From NCBI GenBank assembly GCA_030265395.1, contig JARFYF010000050.1, forward strand, positions 20,645,446 to 20,709,445: DNA of 64,000 bases, in the 5' to 3' direction. The stretch is from Rhina ancylostomus. Taxonomy: Eukaryota. The notes under the pieces are model-generated. The model was not told where the DNA came from and searched no databases. It worked only from the letters and a program-made list of their open reading frames with translations. Shown here piece by piece: positions 12,791 to 25,595 of the stretch. The number at the start of each line of letters is the position of its first letter. Position 1 is the stretch's first letter. A program made the translations under genes and the position numbers.

Positions 12791-15700
12791 GAAAATTTCG
12801 GAAAACACCAATGGAGGGGGAGAGGGGGGGGGGAGAGAGAGAGAGAGAGACACTCATGACCTCAGCACATCCCAAACAATTGTAAAGCCAGTCAAGTGCC
12901 TTTACTAAGTAGTTACTGTTCAAATGTTGAAATGCAAGACTTGTTCCATTTCTTATACAAGCCACAATCTCATAACAAGGAAGAGAAAAGCAGGAAGGAA
13001 ATGATGAGGGTATACAGCAGGAACTTAATTGCAAGATCAGAGTATATTTGAATACAAAATTTAAACAAAAGGAAGCAGATACCAAGGTATTATTAAAGAT
13101 GTGTTTTTTTAAATCAGCAATATAATTGCAGGTAACTTTGTATTTCAGTTCTGAAGTAGACAATAAGATGGAGGGAAGAGTTGGGGGAGAAAGCAACAAT
13201 TACTTTCAGTGGTTGTGATTTGATGGTGAATTGGATGCCTTAATAGGATTTTCTTTTTTTTACTTAAAAGTGATCTATTATTTCTGCAATGTGACTAAAA
13301 TAGAACAGCCTGGAAAGTTTCCATGGTGCAGGGTTCACACTGGTTTCTTTCTCAGCACTTGCCATCAGTTAGAGCAACTCCTCCCTTACACCTTCAGACC
13401 ATTTTACCTCAGCTGACATCTTCTCCTGCGGACTGAATGATTGACTGAGCCTCTGGATGGCATCTAATGGACAGTTAAGCAAGGGTTTAGGTATCCAGTT
13501 TTGTCTAATACTGAAATCAAACGATGGCATCCAACAGCAACAATGAGTGCAATATTCCAGCTAATAATTATAGTTAAACATCATAACTCAACACAAAAGC
13601 TTTAGAAGTTATTGGATTTTAGAATCCTTACAGAGTGCTGGACAAATGAGTCATGTCATTTTAATGTGATATATCATCACAAAAGTGACTCATTGAACCA
13701 CACAAACATGAAATGGCATTTGTGGGGTGATATTCCTTTAATAGCTCAGAGGAAGATATCATCTGAATATATCATCTGAAGATGCAAAGATGGAGCTGCT
13801 CTGACTGAAGGGAACTGCTAGAAAGGAAACAAACCAAGGTGAGACAAGATAACTTTCTATGTTTTTAAGTCACTCATGTTGCAGGTAGAAATGGTCCCAC
13901 AAATTCTTTCAGGATCTAATTGACCATCAACCGAAAACCAGTGAAAGTGATTGAAGTAAAAAACTGCATCTGCTGGAAATCTGAACTCAAAACTGCCAGA
14001 ATCATTCAGCACATCAGATAACATCTGTGGGGAGAGTATGAGCTTCAGCTCAATGACCCTTCATCAAAACTGGAAAGAGCGAAAGGGGTGGAGAGTGAAT
14101 AGATAAGTAACTTCAAGTGTAACTCCCCATTTATACATAAAACCTTTACTGAACTTCAGGAAAATACAATTCAGATTCTGCCATGAGTTTTCCAAGTTTG
14201 CAATGTGTTTGCAAGTTTCTTGAGCTTGCCACCCATAGTTCAGTCACCGCAAGTCTGCCCAGTGGAGTAATTTACTTCCTCTGTTCGTAGTACAACAAAA
14301 TCATGCCTCTGTGGTTCCTGTAGTACCACCCTTCACTAGGATAGAATAATTTGCTGGCTCTCATTCTCCCATTAATGAATTGCCCCGACCCAGATGGTGA
14401 TGGTGCCCTTAGATCAGCCAGAGATAAACTGATAGAAATAAAATGAACAATTTGTTTTCTTACTAATTTTCTGATATATTAACGATGTGATTGCTGGTTG
14501 TACAGATCCAAACAGGCCCTTATATAAATAATCAAGGAATAACTTTCATTTTATACTTGATCCATGTGAGTTCCATCTAATCACTTATCAATCTGTCATT
14601 AGATCCCAAGTCCAAGTATAAATTTCAGGCAAAATTGGTTAACAGTCAAGCAATACTTATAGTAAGGCATAGAGGAGAAATTTAGCCCTCGCTGTCAAGT
14701 GTGGCTTATGTCCTATTTTGTTAATTCCCACATCCACACCAAATAGAAATTGGAAATCTGGCACCCACCCTCCTACAGACGCTATTGCAATTCTGGGTTA
14801 GAGTGTATCATTATTTACCGCAGCCATTTTTGTTATATGACTTTATTGCAGATAAATCTGGTAGGAAATGTGTGCATGTAAGATATGACTATTCTGTAGA
14901 TATTCTGAAAATAGTGAAAATTAGTTGGCAGATATTACATTTCCTTTTGCTCTATGGTTATAGCTGCATCACAAGCTGATTACATATACCATTACAAATG
15001 GAACGTTGATTTGTGGATTCCAGATCTATATTTATACAAAAAGTAGAAAACTGTGCTTTTGAAAATTGAGACAACAGGTCCTTGATCTTGGTTTTGTGCA
15101 TCAGTTCCATCTAATAATATTTCATTTCTTTTTAGCTCTGTACAAGTGCAAAGACACATGACACATTGCCCTTTGGGGCCACAGTAAATCAGGACTAACA
15201 GGCAGGATGAAAGGAAATGAAGGTTATACAGAAATATGGAAAGAAGCTCATTTTGTGCAGAAAGATCAGCAAAGACCAGTCCCACTGAGTGGTCTGTTCC
15301 TGTAAACTCCACATAATTCTGTGTGTAATCACTGACAAGCTGAGGGTGTGCACAATATTTTGTGTTGAATAAAAATAGGCATCAAGTTGAAAATAGATCA
15401 GAGTCCAAATTAAGCTTCTATAATTTTCTCTTTTATTAAAACTTCAATTGTCTTCACAATCAGGTCAAATAGAAATGAAAATGGTTTCTGGTGTTTGTTG
15501 TACAATTCTGTTTATAAATATCGTTAGCATCTACTACTTGATCAAAAAAAAACTGTGCTTAAAGTTCCCTGCTTCCAAGTGCAAACAAGCTGATGCAGTG
15601 ACAAACTGCATAGAACCAGAAAAGCCTCCTTAACTTTGCTACCTTAAATGAATTATCTTCCATCCCTAACATTATGCCAAAGGGTTCAGGCCCATCTTTG

Positions 15701-16186
15701 GAAGTCACTGTTTGGCTTTGCATTAATAGTCTGGTCCCAATATGGTTTTATGATTAATTCATGTTAATTACTTTATGTAAATATCTATATTACTTTTATA
15801 CAGTATAAATACACTAAAAGGTAATTCTTCTGCACATTTTAGATTAGTTTGAATTTTTCCAATGCAGATTTTTTTTAAATAAGCCATTATCTGCACATCA
15901 AATTCATGTATTTCACATAGATTTAGTCTGTGTTGTGTGGTGAAAGGTGTGACTCCATTTTGTTTGTATTGACACAATTCCTTTGTGTGCCTCTAAATTT
16001 CTCTTTGTTTATATTCTAATTACAAAATGAATAAGAATTTATTCCTTTGTGAAATGTACATAAGGTTCCAAAGGCAGAGGTAAGCAATCTGAATGTTGTA
16101 CTTGCCATTCATTCATCTGGTGTGTAACGTCCTTTCAATGTTCTCCATTACATCCTACCTGGGGCACCCCTCCCACCCTCCACCAG

Positions 16187-16424
16187 AGATTCAAAGTCCA
16201 GTTCAACAAAGGCGAGCATGGGTTTGATAACAATGATATGGACATGAAAATGATTTTCCGTGCATTTGGCCCAGACTTCAAGAAGAATTATTTGGCTGAG
16301 CCATTTGAAAGTGTAAACATTTATTCATTAATGTGTGAACTTCTGAACATCCAGCCTGAACCAAACAATGGATCATTGGAATATACCCAAGAGATGTTGA
16401 GTTCCTATCCCAGCAATAGTGATG
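16187..16424 (+). CDS. ENPP7: ENPP7 coding exon 4
   Basis: CAG| acceptor at 16186. Encodes RFKVQFNKGEHGFDNNDMDMKMIFRAFGPDFK..PFESVNIYSLMCELLNIQPEPNNGS. Donor G|GTAAGA at 16425; 238 nt. Confidence 0.95.
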
Positions 16425-16674
16425 GTAAGAAAGAATTCTGAAAAATCAAGCTCAGACATATTAGTGATTATGAATGTTGCAGAACATTGGAATAATGGAT
16501 GAAAACAATTATTAGGACAATATAGGGTTTGTCGATAAATTTAAAATGCATATTTGTTTCATGATACAATGCAGTACAGTCTGCATTTTGTAACAATATA
16601 TCCAACCTTTAGGAACAGTCTTTTCTCCTGAAAATGAAGTTAACTCTGCCAATTCACAGGGTGTCATAGGTATT

Positions 16675-16948
16675 CTTTATCAAGGACAGCTTCTATCCCA
16701 TTGTTTTCAGACTCTTGAATGGACCTCTTGTATGCTAAAAGTGAACTCTTGATCTCCCAGTCTACCTCATGGCGGCTCTTGCACTTTGTCGACCTGCACT
16801 GCACTTATTCTGTAACTGTAACACAATATTCTACATTCTGTATTTCCTTTTACTACCTCAATGTATGGAATGATCTGTCCAGACAGCATGCAAGCAAAAG
16901 CTTTTCACTGTACCTCAGTACATGTGACAATAATAAACCAATTCCAAT
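16675..16948 (+). mobile_element. LINE 3' tail (Rex1/L2-like)
   Basis: ggacagcttctatccc...agactcttgaatggacc...gtacatgtgacaataataaaccaattccaat, with a short tandem tail. Confidence 0.5.
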
Positions 16949-17029
16949 ATATTACCTGGTGATACAACTGGTGGTTTCTGCAAATTCAGAAATGCCACTT
17001 TTAATACACTCAGCAAGATCATTTTAAAC

Positions 17030-17195
17030 AGAGAGTGCTGGAAAGATTCAGTAAATCAAGTAACACCCATGGGCAGAAGAAAAGTCAACGTTTTGGGTCA
17101 TTGGCCCTTCATCAGAATTGTACCCACAACGTCAACCACTGCTTGACCTGCTGAACATTATCAGCTGTCCCAAAATTAGGTTCAGATTTCCAGTT
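17030..17195. repeat. Fold-back Penelope-associated repeat with a degenerate hammerhead core on the minus strand
   Basis: Minus strand CTGATGAAGGG-ccaatga-CCC-aaaa-cgtt-gac (17084-17115), flanked by oppositely oriented arms. Confidence 0.55.
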
Positions 17196-17892
17196 AATTG
17201 CCCCACTCATTTTAAAGATTGTTCACAAAAGCCAAATCTCCATGGATACTCTGTCACAAATAAAATTAAATCAATTATGACTGATTGCTTTCTTATTATA
17301 TGATCAATTTATTAATTGAACTACTAATCCCTTCTTCTTCTCTAAAGATTACACCTGTTTATGTTTCTTACAACATCAGAGAGAAGTATTCATTATACCA
17401 TCATGTGCACAAACTTAACATTTGCGTACCTGAAGCATTAGCAACAGGCACTAATTCCATGATGTCCCCGCTACAAAGAATTCTACTCAGTTTAATTGGT
17501 ATAAATTTTACAGAGGCTTCAAATTATGTAGTTTCTGCTAAATGTTTTTAATGTATATAATTCTTGCATGTATAGATATTTCATCTAGAAATGCTATTGT
17601 ATTAGAACAATTTTCTTGTGAAAATCAAGAAGGGTCTCCCACCTAAAATGTTGATTCTGTTTCTCTTCCCGCAGATGTGGTTTGACCTGCTGAGTATTAC
17701 CAGCATTTTCTGTTTTTATTTTAGAACAATTTTCAATTTCTTTTGCCTTAACACTTAAGAATAGTTTTTGCTAATACCATAATACCTCTGGCCTTATTTC
17801 ACTGAAAACGTAAGAGCATTCCCAGGTGATCTTGATGTATTATGCATTTTTAATCCTTTGCTTCTTTTTAACATCCTGTTTTCTCCTTTCAG

Positions 17893-18005
17893 TCACCAAG
17901 GATTCAACGTTGTTTCAGGTGGTTGTGGGGTTAGCAGTTGTTGTTGGCTTACTGGTTCTGGCTGCTCTTATCGTTACTGTTCATTTCTATATAAAGAGAC
18001 AGTGA
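17893..18005 (+). CDS. ENPP7: ENPP7 coding exon 5 (C-terminal membrane anchor and stop)
   Basis: Polypyrimidine tract ttttctcctttcag|. Phase-1 frame gives (V)TKDSTLFQVVVGLAVVVGLLVLAALIVTVHFYIKRQ*. The five exons sum to 1377 nt = 458 aa plus stop. This exon is not in the ORF track. Confidence 0.9.
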
Positions 18006-18189
18006 CTCGGATAGATGGTAAGTACCTCAATGTTCCTTGCAAAAGGTGTGAATTTAGATGGCGTATTTAAATAACTAAGGAGCAAATGTTATGTTTAGTG
18101 GCATTTTAACTCCTTCCTCAAGGCCCATGTACAAGATTGTTCCTGAACACTTCTTCCCTGCCATCCCAACAGCACTTGTCTTTTCCTAC

Positions 18190-18890
18190 TACACTGAGAT
18201 GTTGGTAATTCACATCTCATATGTTTACAGTAGGGATCACTACGACCTAGTACACCACGGATCTTGTTCCAGGTCTGAGGTATCAATGTCCAATACCCTT
18301 CTCTATGATCAACCACAGGCTGACAGACTGAAACTAAATGGTGAATCTCGTCATTGATGTTTGCCTGCACTGGAATGTAACCTTCAATGCTGTCTCCAAA
18401 TTCACTGGACAGATAACAAAGACGGACAGCCTTTCAAATCAATATCCCCATTACTGAAACCTCGTTTCCCACAGTTGGCTACATTGGGCAGGCCACACTT
18501 TCCACTTGCCTGGCCTTTAGACTTCCCAAATAGATATTCTTTTCCAAGTTCAGGCATGGGAAATGATTACTGAGGGAGAGAAGATTCAATTATGTGCTCA
18601 GAGCCTCAACAAACAAATAAACATTCCCACTACCTCCTGGGAATCTCTGGCTTATGACCACTCAAAGAGAAAGAGCAGTTGGGATGATATTGAGAATCAC
18701 CAGGCCATGCATAGGAAGCACACAGAAGCCCTGTGTAAGTGGCTGAAAGAGAACTTCACAGATTGCCCACCTGGTTAGCCACCACTTATCCAATCTGTGG
18801 AAGAGTCTGTAGTTTTCACATTAGCCAGCTCAGAACCCACACAACTGGATTAGAAGTCATTTTTAATCCTCGTGGACTCCTAAGGAAAAT
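18190..18890 (+). mobile_element. Degenerate RTE-clade LINE 3' portion
   Basis: Remnants such as INIPTTSWESLAYDHS and a terminal zinc-finger-like ICGRVCSFHISQLRTH, typical of RTE ORF C-termini. Confidence 0.55.
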
Positions 18891-20169
18891 TCCCTTTTAC
18901 TCATTCCACTTTCCCAAAGCACCACAACAGATAAGAATATCAGAGTCACAGAATTATGCAGTCACACGAACTTTGTTACTTGCATCTTTGTAAGAGGTTG
19001 AGTAATCCATTGCCGTAGATTCATTTCCAGTTGTTCAGTGGAACAGTACTTTTCACACTGCTGGAGCAAGATTCATCCGTGGGTTCATAGTTCTCACAGG
19101 GTGAAATTCAGCTCGAAGTACAACTTCCACACAATTGAGGTAATTGTAACAAAGGTGGATAGTGGGCAGAACTCAAATGTTACATTGAAGGCTTAGGCCA
19201 GACAATCAAGGGTGTCAGAATATATTGCTAAAATATCCATGCCATATTCAGAAATTATCATATGATCATTTTATGTTTCAAGGTCAATCCTGGATGACCA
19301 CATTGGCACATGGGAGAGCTTTTAATTTTCCAGTCATACACCAAATATTTTTTATTATGAGAAGTCGCAGTTTACGATTACACATAAGGTTTACGGAGAG
19401 TTGAAACTGGCGATCTTCTGGGTGCTTGTTTGTAACTTTAAGAATTCTGATCTTTCCAAGTTTCATCACGTTTAATGCTTTGCAGTCAAAGGGTTAAGAG
19501 AATGGATCTAAAATACTCAGATGACTTGTCAAGTCTTTACTGGATGGGTTGGCATTGAGGCAGTCTGTCATTGAGGAATTGGGCCAATTGTCTTATCACC
19601 TGAATGGACAAACAGCTGCCTGTTTGTCAACCTCATCCAACAGAGGTGAAGTGTTTTGAGGCAGGGAATGATGTACGCAAGATTTAGGTCTTTAATTCAG
19701 GCATCACAGACCATCAGTAACTCTACAAACAATACACCAGTCTTCATTTCTTCTGATAAATAAGCTTGACGTGTACTGCAAAGGTCAAATACTGGGTCAT
19801 AACATCTGCCCTTAGGACAGAAGTCATCCTGTTCCCTGGAGATCACCAACTCCATAACAGGGCTACTTCTCTGGAGAATGACACCTTCCAGGGAATTATA
19901 GATACGACCACAGAACAACATCTCTGCTCCGTGCTTTCCCTTTCTCCTTTCTTCAAAGCCACCTATAAATATATCACTCCTAGACTTGGAATCATTCAGT
20001 TCAGTTCACCCACCATAAGGATACTATTCTCCTTATTACTTGCTATAAGCTACTGTGCAGGGGAAGTATAAAGTTACAAGGGTATGCAGAGCTACTTTAA
20101 TGTCATAAAAGATGAGTGTGCAAAATTGAAGTGCATTGTTTTGGCAGTAATGTATTGGCATGGATTGAA

Positions 20170-21160
20170 ACAGAGGAATAAATGGTCTTTTTGCAGGGCA
20201 GCAGGTAGAAACTAATGGGCAAGCACAAGGCTCGGTTCTTGGGCCTCAGCTGTTTAAAGTATACATCAATGACTTGGATGAGGGAACAGAATATTATACT
20301 TTGAATTTTGCCAACAGCTCTAAACTAGGTGGCATTGAAATTGTAAGAAGAATGCAAGGAAGTGTCAAGGTAACTCAAAGATTGAGTGAGGAGACAAAAA
20401 ACATGGCAGTTACAGACAGGTGCGAAGTTTTCTACTTCAACAGTCAAAACAAAAGGCAATAATTTATTTAAATCATACTAGATTTTACTTATAAAGAGAG
20501 TTGGGTGTTCCTGCACACCAATGAATTCAGGTGTACCAAGCAGCTATGACAAATAGTATGTCAACTTCACAGCCTTCATAGTAAAGCTATTCAAGAACAA
20601 GAATATCTTGTTACAAAGGGCCTTGGTAAAAGCATACCTGGTATATTGTATGTAGTTTCGGTCTCCTTCCTGAAGAAAGGACATACTTGCCATCGAGAAA
20701 GTCCAACCAAAATTCACAAGACTGATTCCTAGGATGGTGGGACTACCTCACGGGAAGAGATTAGATGGATTAGTTTTGCATTCACTAGAGTTTAGAAGAG
20801 GGGATCTAAGTGAAATATATAAAGTTCTGACAGGGCTAGGTAGACTAGATACAGAGAGGATGATCTCAATGTCTGGACTTTTGAGAACAGGGGCTCATAT
20901 TATTCGATTATACAGTGTCAGAGATTTAGGATTGAGACAAGGAGAAATTTCTTCACTCAGAGGGTGATGAAGCTGTGGAATTTGCCACCAGAGAACTGTA
21001 GAGGCAAGTCACTGTATAAAAGGTAATAGGTACGTTTCTAGATGCAAAAGTCATCAAGGAATATAAGATTGAGATAATGATTGGCCATGGTTCTATTTAA
21101 TGGCAAAGCAAACTTGAAAGGCTGAATGGCCTAACCCTGCTCTTATTTTCTGTGTCTCTA
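20170..21160 (+). mobile_element. CR1 LINE 3' ~1 kb (RT C-terminal half and 3' UTR)
   Basis: Degenerate QGSVLGPQLF..YINDLDEG..FANSSKLGG (FADD motif), LHSLEFRRGDLSEIYKVL, ttcactcagagggtg, ggctgaatggcctaa. Confidence 0.8.
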
Positions 21161-21725
21161 TTCCTGAAACACTCCATTTTAATGGAGCTAATACAATCTG
21201 CACGAGTTCCCATCAAGGCAGAGCAGCCAGATATACTGAATCTAAAACAGAGATAAAGCTTCTGGGTATGAAGTTAAACCAAAGATCATAGACCCTTAAA
21301 TAAACTCAGTTTGATGAAACTAGATTTTACAGAAACAAGAGAAAATCCATCTGCAGTTTCTCTCTGCCAGTCTTATTGGCAGCTCTTCAGTCAATTCTCA
21401 GGTATCATGAACTTCTTACCTTCTGACATGGCTGTTCTGCCAACACTGAACCACTCCAGAATGGCACAGCTCTCTGCCAGTGCTGTCCCTCCTATAATAC
21501 AATAATCACAAAGTTAAACGTATCATCGTGGAAGGAGGAGAAGGATGAGGGAACCCAGCACAGTGCATAAAGCAGTGCATTGCATAGAAATTAACAATCA
21601 TGGATGAAAGCTAGAGAAATCTACAGCATGGTCATTAGGTTGTAACAGGATTATGAAACAGAAAAGGGACTGTGAAGCATTAATTGGGAAATACCGTCAC
21701 AGAAATATCCTTTCCTCTTTTCCAG

Positions 21726-22975
21726 AATACAAGATGAAGATCAGAATCACATCCAAAATGTAACTTCAACATTCTTTTAGCTTGCAAGTTCAACAATTAG
21801 TTCTCAACCATGTTAATGTAAATGTTCTAGTTGTGCTATCTGTCTGTTTCTCTTCAATATGATAAAGGTTAATGACTTTTTACACCATTTATTGTATTTG
21901 TGAATTAAATCTGGAAATTCATTTTAATCCATATTCATGTTTTCCATAAACTATTCTCAATTCATGGATGTAAACTGCAAATTAATTTGAATAGAATAAT
22001 GGCAGCCCTTCAAATCATTTTGCCACTTAAAACATTTAAGTCCAATTTGATGTCAATCGAAAGACTGGAGTCTCCAGTTCATTGTACAACTGATGTAACT
22101 GATGCCAAAAATCATTTGGTTTTCAAACTTGGATTTTATTCAGCCAAGATCAAGCTTTGGTGATCTTTTCAGTTGTGGAATTGGCATTGACTAAAACAAA
22201 ATGCTTATTTTTTAAAACAAACAAACTTACTTCAATTGTATTAATTAAATTTTGCTAAGTCAATACCCTCAAATTTTCATACAATTCTTGTTTTATTCTT
22301 TTGGAATAGATTTTAAAATGTTTTAAAATGCTATCCAATTACATTGGTTCATTGAATATTCTGCATTTCATGATAAGAAAATGGACATCATGTTCTCTGA
22401 TAGAGAAATAATGCTTTCCAAAATGGGTGCAATTTTGAGTCCACTTTCCACTTGGTATCACCAACTCTGCTCGAAGCACTTGCTTTTGCCCTTGATTACC
22501 AATATCCATTTTCACCTCTCTTCTTCATGGTGGATGTTCAAAAACTACAAAATAGTAGTAGATTGGAACTTCCATAGTAAAACACTGACATCTTTAGAAA
22601 CCCCCTTTTCCCGTCTCAACTCTGGTGTTGATTTTTGACATGACCTGGTTACTGAAACATGTGGACCATTCACCTCTCAACCACACTCTGGCTGAGGAGA
22701 GCCTGCCAAAATTAACTTAAAATAATTCCCTCACTTTGCAAGTTAGACCAATGTTTTCTTTTAAAAACACATTTATATTTGTAATGTCATTGTTGGACAT
22801 TGGTTATTCACGTTCATGAAAAAGAAACTCACACTATTAGTACACAATTTATGTACACATTCTTTCAAATTACTGCATTGTTTAATTGTATTTCTTAAAA
22901 AAGCTTCTTACACTTGTCAATGTAATATTGTGAAGTGTAACAAAATTTAAAATAAAAAGTGTCATTAAGAAAAGG
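21726..22975 (+). other. ENPP7: Probable ENPP7 terminal 3'-UTR exon
   Basis: The strong donor G|GTAAGT at 18018, just after the stop, needs an acceptor. tcctttcctcttttccag| at 21725 is the best candidate. It is followed by AU-rich unique sequence and AATAAA at 22952-22957 with a downstream GU/U-rich tract. Confidence 0.5.
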
Positions 22976-23029
22976 TTTAGGAACAGATTGAGTTATTTAG
23001 TTTCTCTGTTTAAAGACATATCTTTTAGT

Positions 23030-23232
23030 CAGGTACATCGAAACACATAGTGAAATGCACCTTTTGTGTAGTGTTCTGGAGGCAGACCACAAGTGTCACC
23101 ACACTTCCGGCACCAACATTAGCATGCCCACAACTTCCTAATTTGTACATCTTTGGAATGTGGGAGGAAACCAGAGCACCTAGAGGAAACCCATGCAGGC
23201 ACAGAGGATGTAAAACTCCTTACAGAAGACTC
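23030..23232 (-). mobile_element. SINE fragment (V-SINE/HE1-like core)
   Basis: ctttggaatgtgggaggaaaccagagcacctagaggaaacccatgcagg; related copies at 33060-33330, 50940-51140 and 52790-52990. Confidence 0.6.
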
Positions 23233-25480
23233 CAAAATGGAATGTCTTCTGGGCAAGTTTTAAAAAAACATTTGGGGAGTGTTGGTAATTGAGTGAAAAG
23301 TTTACAGTCATTTAAAATATCACGGGTTAATATTTTCTCAGATAAGAAAATCAGTCATTCCCAAGCACAGGTTTATCTTGGTTTTAAACGCCAGACCATG
23401 TGAAAATAGTTGAAAGTATTTGTGCAAATTTCCAAAGTCCCAAAATGAAACAATTGCTCAAGTTTGATCTTCCTGCCAGTTTCCAATAAAGGCTACAATG
23501 AAAATGTTACATCTATTCCAACAGCACATTGAATTTAGAGCTTTAAGCCATAAAATGAGCAAAAATTAAAGGATGACCACATCAGGCCTCTCATCCAGAA
23601 AAACAGATGCTATTTGTACTGAATAAGAAAAAGGATTACTACTAATAATTGTTAACTATGAAGTTGCTGCAGGAATATGGGTTCTTAATAGATTAAAATA
23701 ATCAAAAAGTCTGAATATTTAAAACTCTACAAACTGCAATGGAAAAATATCTGAAGCAAATTTGGTATAGTGTTATGTGATACATGATAAATTGTGAAGT
23801 TGTTCACTCTCAGTAAAAATGTCACTTTTTATTCACTGAATTTGTAATACAGCAATGTAAGGACTAACGAGAATCAAGAAAAAGCATTCCAGTCCCAGAT
23901 CACGAGCAGTTTTCTTTATGTACCTGCTGGAGTCACCAGCAACATCAGCATTCATTCCCCACACTTAATTTCATAGAGAAGATGGTGGCAAGCTGTCTTG
24001 TTGGAATGTTGTAGAGGGTATAGCCAAAGTATTCTCCATGTACCTTTACCTCTGGAGTTCCAGATATCTGACCCCATGCCAAAAGAAATAAATATATTTT
24101 CAAATTAAGGTGACTTAAGGCAACTTGCAGATAGCATTCCTGTCAGCTGCCCTCATTATCTAGGTGGTAAAGGTTATGGATTCAATTGACGATAGCATAG
24201 TGGCAAGTTAGATTCCACCTTGGTATTGGAAGGCCTGATGTTGATGGATGGAGTGGCAATCAAGGAGGCTGCTTTATCCTGATTGAGCAGAGTTGGAACC
24301 AAAAGCAAATGACAAGTAATCCATTCTTGTAACATATGCCTTGAAAACAGTCAATCACAACATACCAAACCTGACCTCTTCTTGCAACCTCAGATTTAGG
24401 GTGGTGCATTTAAGTGTTTGGTCCACAGTATTCCTCAGGATGCTGATGATGGAAAATTCCTCGACAATGTAAAGAGAAAATGAACATTGCCTGGCATTTG
24501 GATGGAAAGAATGTTACTTTCCAGTTCCGTCCAAACTTGAATCCTGTTCAATGCCTACTAGCACCCAGACAATGATGCCAGAACTGGAGTAGTTGCAATG
24601 GGCAGAAGCAAACTTCCTCACTCCCAACTGAAAGCTCATTTGTTAATCAGAAAAAAAACAATTGGTACTGGGAGACTACTCAGGTGGCCTCATACACCCA
24701 AGCTGATCCAATTCCAACCATTCTTACAATTTTCTTCATACAAGGGATTACTCCAGTCAGCAGAAGAGTGCTCCTGCAGCAGATGCACCGATTTCAGTAG
24801 GGGTTAGTGTGTCAAACACTTCCTTGCAATGTCAGGGTCAGACTCCCTCCCCTCTAGAATTCAGCTGTTCTCCATGTTTGAGCTGAAGTTTTAACAACAT
24901 CGAGCTAAATGATCTTGACTGGCCTCTAACCAAGCACTGCTGAGCAGGACAGACTAAAGAGCTGGCTGATGGCACTGCCAACAGCTTTTATCATCTTGTC
25001 TGCATTATGGGAGCTCTACCTCTGAATAAATTCCAATAGATGAGGATAGTTGAAACAAGAAACAGATTTAAGGATTAAATTTAATTGCAATTAGTGTGTT
25101 TTTCATCACTAAATGATAGATACTTTAGTTGTCAATACCTATATGAACTGTGGGTTACAATAGAGTTAGATACCTAGTTTACCAAAATTCACAGGTTACA
25201 ATCTAGCATTATAGAAATTACTGCAGAGAAACAGCAAAATGACTTCACCATCTTACATGAGCATCAGCATTTTGTATAGGCAAATGAACCAATATTTACA
25301 AGGTCTCCAGTTATATCACTAGGAAGCTTGCAGGAAAATGATCAAGAACAAACATTTGGATATCAACTGTAAAGTTGCCAAACTATTCACTAATACTTAA
25401 ATTTTAAGTCACTTGCAAGTAACATTGTTTTGCCTTGGCAATTGTAGCCCTATATCAAGTAACCTTCAAGGAGTTGCAGC

Positions 25481-25595
25481 CTAAAGAGAATAAAGTTTGA
25501 GTTGTTCCTCCATATCTGCTTCTGACATGTCACCGAAAACTTCCTTCCGTTCTTTCATTAACTTGAAGATGGCAGCCAGTTGTTCTTGCTGAATC
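25481..25595 (-). CDS. MXRA7: MXRA7 distal terminal coding exon (conserved helical C-terminus)
   Basis: ttctag| acceptor. Phase-2 frame gives (R)IQQEQLAAIFKLMKERKEVFGDMSEADMEEQLKLYSL*, closely matching the MXRA7 C-terminus as I recall it (VQKEQLAAIFKLMKDNKETFGEMSDGDVQEQLRLYDM). Confidence 0.93.

Noticed and set aside
21727-21780. Frame reading IQDEDQNHIQNVTSTFF*, which looks like a PDZ-type tail for ENPP7
   Set aside because: It is not reachable. Exon 5 stops at 18003-18005, and the required phase would create TGA at the splice junction.
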